Shown here: positions 27,364 to 40,480 of the stretch, piece by piece
How the letters are laid out: every line of letters begins with the position of its first letter
Numbering within the stretch: position 1 is the stretch's first letter
Assembly: GCF_009914755.1 (NCBI RefSeq)
Contig: NC_060925.1
Origin: the human T2T-CHM13v2.0 reference genome, Homo sapiens
Direction: 5' to 3' (one strand)
Length of the DNA: 64,000 nt
Notes under the pieces: generated by a model
Seen by the model: the letters and a program-made list of their open reading frames with translations, nothing else
Database searches by the model: none
What the model was told of the DNA's origin: nothing
Position numbers and translations under genes: made by a program

Positions 27364-30107
27364 CACAAGAGTAGATGGCATGGCAGATTAAGAGATTAGT
27401 AGAACACAGAATTTCTCACTCTTTAAAGAAAATTAGAAGAACCAATGTGATTTTTCCCCCATAGGAAACAGGGACTAATTGAGAAAATATTTCAGCAAGA
27501 GAATAATTGGAGATTTGATAAGTAACATGTTTAAAAGGATTACTTTACTTTGACTGCATGATTTAGCATGAATTCTAGTGCGATTACATGATGATTAAAC
27601 AAAGAAAGATAAAAGCTTGGGTAAAGGATTCAATTTGGAGGAAAAATCAATTAGCTCCACACATGTTGATTTTCTGATGACATCCAAATTTTCAAGTGGA
27701 AATGTTCATTAATCATTTAGAAACATACAAACGGCATTTAATGGACACATTTGGGTTTAACGTAAATTTTTAGAAATTATATATAGAGAGGTAATATTTA
27801 AAACCATAATAACAGCTTAAAGTTGTATATTGGGCATAATGGATGGTCATAGGACCGAGCCTAAGAGAATCTCCCCGGAGACTTAAGGAATTATTAAATA
27901 AGGAATTATTGAAGGAAACAAAGAATTGCTCAGTGATATGGAAAGGACTAAGATTATTTTAATATTGCAATTAGGAGAGTTTCAAGAGTTAAAGGATCCC
28001 AGGTATCAAAAAAGTTAGTGCAGAAAAGTAGAGCACATTGGGATAAAACACACATCGAGTATTTCCTTACTATGCTAAAAATTTAGGTGCTTATTCCACT
28101 CCTATTTTTTATTATCATGGTTAGCAGAAATAGCAACGGATCAGTGGGTGTTCTGTTTCATTACTAGTCACTATCTTTTATTGCCCACCTTTCTCTGTGA
28201 AACAATAGCTGATGCTAAGTCTGACAGGACTCTTTGTCTCCACATATCAAATTCAGACCTTCCATTAGTGTCTCAAGTGTGTTTGTCCTCCCATAATTGT
28301 GAATTCTATTAAACAATCTTACAATAAAATTTACATTGACTAGGCAGCTGTCTTCTTCAATAATAGAAGAGAACATGTGCTGCAGATTCCTAGACATGCT
28401 GACTACAATTTGGGACTCAGATTTAAATTTACTGTGCTTTGAAGAGTAGGCAAATATTAGTTGTCCCAGGTCTCAATACTTCTCTTTGACTGATACATCC
28501 ATCTATCAATACATTTGCATATGCTTCTTTGTACAAGGCCTAAGATCCTGTCAGCAATCAATAAACATGCATTAAATCCTCTTTTTCCCTTTAGGTTTGG
28601 GGAATGTGAGTCATACGCTTTCCCAGGCATGGAAAAGGAAAAATATTAGCTAACATTTGGTGGTACTTTATCATTCACATACATTTGTCATTTGGTTGTT
28701 TTGTGAGATAACTACTGTCAGACTCAGTTTATTAGTGAGGAAACTGAGGACTGGAGAAGCTGAATGACATCTACATGGGCATTCAGATGATAAATAAATA
28801 AGCTGGATGGGACTCCAACCTGGGGATCTACCTTCACATCTGTAGTCTTATACATAAAAGAGCGATTACTCCCCAGAGACTCTTCTGTTTATTGCTATAA
28901 CACAGCTTATACCCACAAGACACAAAAAAAGTATTTGGAAAGTGAAAAAAGAAACGGAATATGTTACTATATAAAGCCCAAGCATTACTACATATACGAT
29001 TAAAGCAACATTAAATGACTCAAAACTAATTTCATAATGCATTCACTATATGGGCATAACCTATGGAAGTATAATGTAGGTATATGAGCACACAACACAC
29101 ACACACCTCAAGTGTAAAACACTTTATACTTAAATAACTCCTTAAAAAGTTGTTACTCTGGTGTTACGTGCTGTAGTTTCTGCAGTTGCCATAAGTCAAA
29201 TCAGTTTTCTGCAGCCGTTGACAACTGTTTGAGCAGTGAACAGAAAGGCATGCAGCAAACATGTAAACCAATGTGTAATGTATAGAGGTTGTGGAGTGGT
29301 TTTCTTATTACAGAAAAGTGTACTTTCATATACACCTTGTGAAGGTGAGCGTATTATTCATAGTTGAAGTTATTCTATCCTACCATATCCCATTTTCAAA
29401 TTGTAAACACTTATTCAATCACTGCTTCAGAAATGCTTCCCAGTTATTTTGGAACTTATTTCTGATTTCAAGGTAATGCACTCAGTATTGTTTCAGTTCA
29501 TTCTTTACTAAATCATCCAAATGTTTCAGTAGAGAATTTTGTTTACCAAGAAGCCTCGGACCCTGTGTAAGTTATTTTTTAATAATCGCTTTAGTTTCCT
29601 CTCCAAAGGCACAAATGACAGAATGCTTAGAATTATAAAATATGGTTTCTCTCTCTCTTTCTCTTATTTTTAATTTTTTAGAGAGAGGGTAGTCATGAGT
29701 TTTTTACCTAAACAGTAGCAAGTCTGCCCCAATCTTGTGAATAGGCAATAGTCCCTTGTGAACTCCATTTGGAATCAGAACAAATAATGAAACAAAATAA
29801 TAGTTAATGCTTTGAATAGATAACTTTGTACTGAACATATTAATTGACTTGATCCTCAGTTGAGAGCTCTCTCACTCACTGTGCTGTACTGCTTCTCTCC
29901 TGATCCAAACAGTAACCTCTCAGCTCACCTGACCAGAATTTAAGCTTTGGACATGATACACAGAAGCTTAGAATATGTCAGGAAAACATGCCATATCTGC
30001 AGATCTGAACCCCCTCAAAGACTTAGCACATTAAGATATTCTGGTGCCTTTTTGTATGGTCCCCATTCTTTTGGGCTGTATAATTTTTCTCTAAAATTTC
30101 TGCATTA

Positions 30108-30440
30108 CATTTTAATAGCTTTGTTGAGATAAAATTCATATACCATATAATTCATCCATTTAAAATGTACACTTCAATGGTTTTTAGTATAGTTGCAGAG
30201 TTGTGTAATCATCACCAAAATCTAATTTTAGAATATTTTTGTCACCCAAAAAGGAAACTTAATACCCATTAAGTAGTCAGTCCCACCCAGCCCTCACTGC
30301 CAAGACAACCATGAATCTACTTTCCATCCCTACAGATTGGCTATTCGAGACATTTTATATAATTGGAATTATGTAATGTGGTCTTTTTGTGACTGGCTTC
30401 TTTTATTTTGTGTAAAGTTTTCAAGGTTCATTCATTTTCA
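30108..30440 (-). mobile_element. Old L1 (L1MB-like) 3' end
   Basis: ttttaatagctttgttgagataaaattcatataccatataattcatccatttaaaatgtac antisense L1 3' terminus. Confidence 0.75.
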
Positions 30441-31446
30441 GTAAGGTTGATTTCTATCAAAATTATGTTATAATTACATATGACTTTATTTAGCAAAACA
30501 GAAAAAGATACAGATTCAACTGATAGTGTAAATGCAATTTCTTTCTACTACCTGTCTATTTTCATTATAAATCAATGCTGGAAGGAAATCTTCAACTAAA
30601 ACTTCAAGTCCCCAAACTACACTTCTAGTCACAAAAATGTGCCTAAATTATCAGACTAGGAACACCCCCATGAGAGAAAGTGGCTAAATGGGGTATCTTC
30701 CTGAATGGGCAGGCCACCTCTTACCTGGGTATTGGACAAGGCCCCTACTCCAGACGATTAATCCTCCTTCCCACCACAGGCTCACTCTTTGCATTCTTAA
30801 GCAGTTATGACTCTGTAAAAATGCAGAAGTTTCTAATGCTTCAGTTGCGGTTAGCTTTTTGTAGTTAAAATTTTAGTAATCAGTTCATAGGCTAAAGCTT
30901 TGCTAATCAAAGTCTGATTTATTGATTAGCAATATAGTATAACCAGTGAACTTCTTTGAAAATAGAATCTCAAGACTACCTCAGACCTGCCTATAATTAG
31001 CATTTTAAGATTTCCAGATGATTCATATGCATATTCAAATTTAAGAACCCTCCCCTAAAGAGTATTAGAAGAAATTAGATTTAAAAGAGATATCTGAGGA
31101 AGATAAATAGAAACAATGAATGAATGAATGAATGAATGAATGAATAGAAAGATGTAGCTTTCATTTGTTTTGCTTTACAATTTGCTTTTGGTTGGTACTG
31201 ATTTAAGTGCTTTAGTAACTATTAAAGTGGCATTCAGGGCTCATTCTAGAGCCCAGGATGATAATCACTCATTGTGCACAATATATGCCTAGTACTTCAC
31301 ACATTGTGGGTGCTCTAAATGTATGTTATCTCTCTTTTCCTTTCTAAGATATAAAATTTCATAGTAGTAGTATTAAAATAAGAAGAAAGTTATAATGCAA
31401 TGGAACTACAACACAATAATTATAACGTAATAAATAACCCAATTGA

Positions 31447-32790
<1,344 letters not shown>

Positions 32791-32864
32791 AAAGTAATTT
32801 ATCCTCCCTTGGCCTCAATTTTCTAGTTTTAGAAAGTGGATTATACTATCACCCACAATAATAG

Positions 32865-32865
<1 letters not shown>

Positions 32866-32900
<35 letters not shown>
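32866..32900. repeat. (TG)n microsatellite
   Basis: About 17 perfect TG units. Confidence 0.95.
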
Positions 32901-32903
<3 letters not shown>

Positions 32904-33631
32904 GTCAATATATGTCAAATGCTTAGACACTACCTAGCACATAAACTTTAGGAAAGTTAGCTCTCATTTTTATTTGTTCTGTTTTGTTTCTGATTTTACT
33001 GTTATATAGTTGTAAAGAAAAAATGTGGTATCCTAGGTAGGGTAAAACATTAATGTACAATTTAACTTAGGGAAATTTAATGTCCCCATTATATTGAGTC
33101 TTCTGTTTCAGAGCAAATTCTTTCCATTTATTCAAGTTTCTTTTTCGATCTTTCAGCAGAATATTCTTCTCATAAATTTGTTAAAATTTATTCCCAGGTA
33201 TTTTATCTTTTCATTGCAATGTGAATGACATTTTCTAGTTTGTTATAGTGTGTGTATCCTATAAACACACTATATAAAACATATTAAAAATCAAGAAACA
33301 TTGGTTCTTGATATTTAAGTTTAAATCATTAAACTTACTGATTTGTTTTATCATCATATGGTTTAGATGAGTCTTTTGGAACTTCCTGGTTTACAATTAA
33401 ATTCCAATATACGGTGATAATTTTGCTTCCCTTCTGATAATTAAACATCTTGTTTCTCTTTTTCCTAATTGCAGTGGTTGATATTTTCAGAACAATTATC
33501 ATTTTTCAATTGAATTATCATTGTACTCCTGGAATGAAACACAATTGGTCATGGTACATTATTCCCTTAGCTTGCTGCTAAACTTGTTTTGCTAATATTC
33601 ATAAGTGAGGTTGGCCTATGGTTTTCTTTTT

Positions 33632-34190
33632 TGTATTATGGCATTAGTTTCCAAGGCTGCCAATAACAAATATCACAGACTGAGTGAAATGTATCTCACT
33701 GTACATTACAGTAGAGTTAGATTAGAACACAGAGACCAAGATGCCAGACATGTGCACACACAGAGATATGACCATGTCATATCTGCTACTGCTACCATGG
33801 CCCATCTGCTACTTATCACTTGTTCATGTACAACTATACATTTCTGTACAACAGAAATATATTTTCTCACAGTTCAGGGCAATAGAAGTTCATTATCAAG
33901 GTGTTGGCGAATTTGATTTCCTCTGAGGCCTCTCTCCTTGGTTTGCAGTTGCATTCGCTGTATGTTAACATGCTCATATCTCTGTGTGTGCACATGCCTG
34001 GCAGCTTGGTCTCTGTGTTCTAATCTACTCTTTTTATGAGGTCACTTGTCATATTAATTAATGCCTACCCTAATGACCTTATTTTAACTTAATTACTTCT
34101 TCAAAGGCTCTATTTGTAAATAGTCACATCCTGAGGTATTATGGGGTTAGGGCTTCAACACGTGAATTTCAGGGGACACAATTCCCCATA
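33632..34190 (-). mobile_element. MLT1-family LTR carrying a complex internal insertion
   Basis: ttagtttccaaggctgccaataacaaatatcacagactg ... gggttagggcttcaacacgtgaatttcaggggacacaattc. Confidence 0.8.
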
Positions 34191-36014
34191 GCAATTATCC
34201 TTGTCAGATTTTGAAATAAATGTCATGTTGAATCTGTAAAAATAATTTGGAAGCTTTTCTCTGTCTCTTTCTGTCTCTCTCTTTCTCTGAATCTGTTATG
34301 TAGCCTGATGTTGTTTTTATTTCACACAATGCATCAATATTACCTTGTCTCTGATAAGTCTCCCAAAATTTCACAGGCAGAGAAACAAGTCCTGTTTCTG
34401 TAGGAGACCACCAATATGCACATCTCAGACTACCATAATTTGGATATGGAAAACATCGCAAGGGCCAAATATGCCAGCCGATGCACATCATTATAAATTA
34501 TTGTTTCAATATCAATCTAGGGAATGTCACTAATGATTGATAGGTATTATAATCACCATTCATTGTCATTAACTTTATAGGTTTCCATACTTGGTTTTTG
34601 TAGTCATGTGCAGTTCCACAATGCCAAAACTTGATATACCTTCATTTTAAACAGTTAAGTTTCTAAAAGTAAACCTTTCTTTTACACATAGTCTTAAATA
34701 TCTAAGACTCAATTTAAGAACACTGCATATTCTGTGGCATTCGAAAATGGTTTCCTCGGGAGTTGAAACCATAAACTCTATACCCCATTACTGAGTGTGC
34801 CCTATGTTACAGAATACTCTTTATTAAAGGTGAAAAAGCAATCTACTACTCTGCAGGCTTTTGGTCTGGAGATAAACACAAGATCATAGATCATGTATTA
34901 TTATCAGTTATTTTAAGGTCTCAGAGCAATTCTTTAAACATGTATCAATTGTAAGGAGTAATATAAAAGGACGCTAGCTTGTCAATTTCTTTTTGTCACT
35001 CAGGTCTTTGGCATAGACTCTGTTAGCTTTATTAAACATTAAGTATTGCTTTCAGGGTGAGGTAGAAGAGCATAAGCAAGAAAAGCTTTATAGGCTAATA
35101 AAAATGTAAATGAGATGTTCATCAGCTTGCTGCCCTGGAAAATGATGGAAGAAACATTACCTGAAAAATTAGATTCAACGATTATTGCTAACCAAATCAA
35201 CCTGATATGAGAAATCCCTTTGTAACCATTTGTGTTAATTTGCATCCTTATGTCAATCTTTCTATGCACTGAATTTGCTTCCAACATCCTAGGTCCTCTA
35301 TACATATATATGTAGATAATGTATATACACATTTTTATATATACATAGAAATATATACACATATTTGTATAATTCATGTTATTAATTAACATGTATTAGC
35401 TAAACAGAAATATTTCTGTTACATATTTGCAGCAGTTGGTAAGAAACGCCTATATATTTTAATTCGTCTGCACTTAGCCTTCTTTTTGCACACCATACTC
35501 CTTACAAGGAATTTGAAGACTGAGTTGTAAATCAGAATTTCTATAGCTTGTTAAAGTCACATCCTCAGAGTTTGGAAACCTCTGAGCTCACTATGTCTCA
35601 GGAAGATGGGAAATTCTTCTTCTACTTCTTCTTCCCCTTAATTAGGAATACATTGTAATAATAATATTTTCTATGTGACCTTTGAATACAGTAGTAAAAT
35701 AACAAGTGGGGGCTACTTACTTTTCTCAGGGATGATTCATCCTGGGATGGTGTTTAGACAGTGGCCTTTGAGTATTGGATATTCTATAAACATCGTGTGA
35801 GTTGTTCTTCTTGATGACTCCCTTTAGTGGATCTCCGAAGACCCTTTAGAAGCTTGCTGAGGGTGGGATGGAGGAAGAGGCTAAAGCCCCCATAACTGAC
35901 TCTCAGCAACTGTCCTCTCTCACAGAATCTCTCTTTTGCGGTGACCCTTAAAGGCACTTGGCCCATCTGCTACTTATCACTTGTTCATGTACAACTATAC
36001 ATTAGGCCAATATA

Positions 36015-36095
36015 TTAGGTTGGTACAAAAATAAATGTGGTTTTTGCCATTATTTTTAATCTAAAAAACCTGCAATTACTTTTGCACAAACCTAA
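36015..36095. mobile_element. MADE1 mariner (Hsmar1-related) MITE
   Basis: ta|ttaggttggtacaaaa ... ttttgcacaaacctaa|ta, about 80-bp palindrome with TA duplication. Confidence 0.88.
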
Positions 36096-36251
36096 TAGTT
36101 ATTGTAAAGGATGGAACTTTTAAGCAAGGCACACAAAACCTTCTAAAGTCACTCTGAGAAGCAATTCAGAGTAGCCCCTTGCTGCATCTTTCATTTAGCA
36201 GCCATTTTACTCTTTTCTCTGCCCTAAAGCAGATCTCAGGTTACTAACTAA

Positions 36252-36381
36252 CCCATTTATGCCAGAGGTTGCACATTTTTTTGTGTGAAAAATCAGACCT
36301 TGGCGATGACCTTGAGCAGTAGGATATAAATAACTCCCACAAGCTTAGCGTTCCAATAATGGAACACTAGGCATAAATGGG
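36252..36381 (-). mobile_element. MER85 piggyBac (PGBD3-derived) non-autonomous element
   Basis: TIRs cccatttatgcc ... ggcataaatggg; internal palindrome gttccaataatggaac at 36350-36365; flanked on both sides by CTAA. Confidence 0.93.
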
Positions 36382-37465
36382 CTAACTCCTTCAGCTCTGG
36401 GCTGAGTTTCTCACAATTACTGCAGATCTCCACATCTGGGCAGGTCCTGACAATAGTTAAAGATTTTTTTTCTCATAATTTGTCCTGAAAGGACATATAT
36501 TGAGCTATTCAGGAGACTTGAGAAAAGTTCCAAGTTAAATAGGATAAAGGGCAATGGATACACATTTTTTGTTCAGAAATATAAAGATTATTCTTAGTTA
36601 GAGGTGAATATGTTCCTTCACTGTTCTCTGAATTCATTCTGTCATTCTGCTCCTGGACTTCCTACAATAGTACCTTGACTTATAAGGCCCGTGTCCAGAT
36701 CTTTTACAGTCCACTTCATTCAAAATGCTCCTGAAAAATTCAAGGGACTCACTAACACATGGCTTTGGTAAAGGCATTCTCCTGAACAAAAACCTTTCTG
36801 ACCTCAAAATACACCTAGCAAGGGATTTAGTGGTGATAATCTAGCTCTCCTACCTTTTCAGCCCTGGATCTTTATGCTCTTTATCTTGCAAAACATGCTC
36901 TAAATTAAATTAACTGCTACCCATTTGTATGCCCCGTGTTTCTACAACACTATAGTCTCTTTATGGTTCACCTTTTCTACCCATCCCCAAAGCCCAGATG
37001 AAATGCCACTTTCATGAAACTGTTGGATCCATCTATCCTGAAGTTTTTCTATGCTCTGAACAACCACAATGTTTTTTTTGTACCTTTCTAATAACATGTA
37101 ACACCACCTGTTTCATGAGCATAGTTTTATTCGATTATTTTATTATACTCTTTTTTGAGCACAGGAACTGCACACTAGAAATCATCATATTTCTCACAGG
37201 TTCCAATATTGTGATTTTTGCATACAGTAGATTTTTAATAAGTTTCTGTCAAATGACTAAACTAATAATTATTCAAGTGTTTTAGGAATTATACAGAATG
37301 AGGAAAATTATTTCTACTCTCCATAAAAGCAGAAGAGATTATAATGATACGTTTCATGAAGAAAGTAGCTTACAAAATTACAAGCAATTTTCATGAATAA
37401 CTTCAAACAAATTAGTCTTAATACCTATAAAAAGTATCACAGCCTTAAAAAAATGATGACAATTA

Positions 37466-40400
37466 AGTGATGTCAGCAGTATGGCAGAATAGGTGTTTCC
37501 ATTGCTTGTCATCTCACAGAAATATCAACTTGAAGAACTATCCACACATAAAAATACCTTCACAAGAGCTAAGAAATTCAGATGAGAGATTATGGCATCT
37601 GAATGGAGCAGAGAAATCAGCAAAGACACATTGAAGAGGACAAGAATAGTTTTACATTATGCATGTCACCCTTTCCTAAAGCCTACGCAGTTCAGTACAA
37701 ATAGAGATAGCCTCCATGTAAAGGAAAAGAATAAAGTGAGTCCCTAACTTCATTGCAGGCCCCAGCACCATGCCTACCCCAGTGGATTCCAGAACCAGGC
37801 CAGTCCTCATGTCCCCAGACCTCTCTCTGGCCCCCATGGACCCAGCATCCAGGCCCATGTCGCTGCCAAACTAGCCCCTGTAGCCTGTGGCCTCAGGCCT
37901 CAGGCTCATTCTAATATCAGACCAGCCCTCACAGCTCCAGGCCTGCTCTGGGCCACCCCAGTGCCAGGAAGGCCCCCATAAGTCAGGCTGCAGGCCAGCC
38001 CTAGTAGTCCCAGGCTACTAGGGACTAGAGTTCATGTAAGCCCTCCTACATGAACTCAGGTACGAGGCTCATTCATATGGACCCAATGTCCAGGCCCTCC
38101 CCAGTAGACCCAGGCTCCAGGCTTGCCCCTACAAAAAAAGACATCAGATTGACCCCTGTGGACTTAGGCACTAGGCCCATGAACCCACTGACCTAGGCAG
38201 CAGGCCAGCCTGCCTGAGGACTCCCGTGGCAAGCCCACTGCAAACCCCAATGGATAACCTGGTCAGAATCTCTGGACAAGCTGTCTGGTGAAGGGCTTTC
38301 CTTGCCAGTCTGTAAAGACTGGAAGAAGTGTCTACTTCAAATGCACAGATACCAATACAAGGCCACAAGGATCACAAATAATTAGGGAAACATGATGCTA
38401 CCCAGGAAACAAAGCACCAGGAACTGACCCTAAGGAAATGAAGATTTCTGAACTGCCTGGCAAATAATTAAAAATAATCACCTTAAAGAGGCTCAATGTG
38501 CTCCAAGAGAACACAGATATCAGAAGTTCAACAAAGAGGTAGAAACCATAAAAAGAAATCAATCAGAAACTCAGAAGCTAAAGAGCACAATGATTGAACT
38601 AAAAAATTTCACAGAGAACTTCAACACAAACTTGATCAAGCAGAAGAGAGAATCAGCAAGAAAAAAAAGAAACTAAGGAAAAAAACAGGTCATTTGAAAT
38701 TACTCAGATAAACAAAAAGGAGAAAAAGAATGACAAACGTGGAAAAGCCTACAGCACTTTTGGTACATCAACAAGTAAACCAGTGTATGCATTATTGAGG
38801 TCCAAGAAGAAACAGAGAAAGAGAAAGGGGAAGAAAGCTTATTGAAAGATATCATGACAGAAAACTTTTCAAGTTTGGAAAGGGAAATGAATATCCTTAT
38901 CCATGAAGCCCAAAGAACCCCAAAGATACAGAGATATTCACTGAGACACATCATAATTAAATTCTCAGAAATCAAAGACAGAGAAAGAATTTTGAAAGCA
39001 CCATGAGAAAAGTGACTCATCACATATATAAGGGTATAAGAATATTTATTCAACAAAGGTGGCAGGAACACACAATAGGAACAGGACATTCTCTTCAATA
39101 AATGATACTGAGACAAATCAACTCAAAATTGACTAAAGACTTAAATGTTAAGGGCTGAAACTTTAAAACTACTAGAAGAAAACATAGAGAAAAGCCTTTT
39201 TGAAATTGGTTTGGGCAATGATTTCTTGGCTATGACCTCAAAAACACAAGAAACAAAGCAAAAAGAGATTAATAGGATTGCATCAAACTAAAAAGCATTG
39301 GCATAGCAAAAGAAACAATCAACAGAATAAAGAGACAACTTATGAAATGGGAGGAAATATTTGCAAACCATACATCTGATAAGGGGTTAATACTCGAAAT
39401 ATATAAGGAATTCAACTCAGCAACTCAGTAAAAGGACAACAAATATTCCAATCTAAAAATGTGCAAAAAACCTGAAAAGACATTTCTCAAAAATAGGAAA
39501 TACAAATCGCCAAGAAGTATATGAAAAAAATGCTTAATATCGTTAATTATCAGGGAAATGCAAATTAAAACTACAATGAGATATTACCCCATACCATTAT
39601 AAAATGGCTACTATCAAAAAGGCAAAAAATAGCAAGTATTGACAAGAATATGCAGAAAAGTGAAACGGTACAGCAGTTATGGAAAAGAGTATAAAGATTC
39701 CTCAAAAAATTCAAAATATGACTACCATGTGATCCAACAACCTCATTTCTGGGTATATATTCAAAAGAATTAAAATCAGCATGTTGAAGATATATCTGCA
39801 TTCCCATTTTTTAAAAATGGTGTCTCATTCTATTGCTCTCTCATTCGTATTGCAACATTATTCACAATAGCCAAGATGTGAAATCAACCAATCAACCTAA
39901 GTGTCCATCTATTTATGAATGGATAAAGAAAATGTGGGTATAGAATACTATACATATCATATATGTGAATATTATTTATCTTAAAATGAAGAAAATTCTC
40001 TCATTTGCAGCAACATGAATGAACCGGGAGGACATTATGCCAAGTGAAATAAGCTAGGCACAGAAAGACAAATGCTTCATGATCTCACTTACATGTAAAA
40101 TCTTAAAGCCTTAAAATTACAGAAGCAGAGAGTAGAATGGTGGTTGCCGGGGGCTGGATGTGAAGAAACAGGGATGCGTTGGTCAAAGGATACGAAGTTT
40201 TAGTTATGAAGAATGAATAAATTCTGGAGATCTAATGTACAATGTAGTGTTTATAATTATTAATATTATGTTGTATACTTTAAATTTGCTAAGAGAGTAA
40301 ATCTTAAATGTTCTTACCACAAAAATTTAACTATGTGAGGTGATGGATATGATCATTAGGTTGGTTGTGGTAATCACTTCACAATGTATATATAAATCAG

Positions 40401-40480
40401 TCAAAGCATCATGTTGCACAAAATAAATACATACTTTTTATTTGTCAGTTATACCTCAATAAAGGTGGAAAAATAAATTT
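37466..40480 (+). mobile_element. Old L1 (L1MA-like): 5'UTR + ORF1 joined to end of ORF2 + 3'UTR, large internal deletion
   Basis: Repetitive GC-rich 5'UTR near 37750-38250, ORF1 remnants to about 39030, then ORF2 3' end (ctcttcaataaat, ttgcaaaccatacatctgataagggg) and 3'UTR ending acctcaataaag. Confidence 0.8.
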
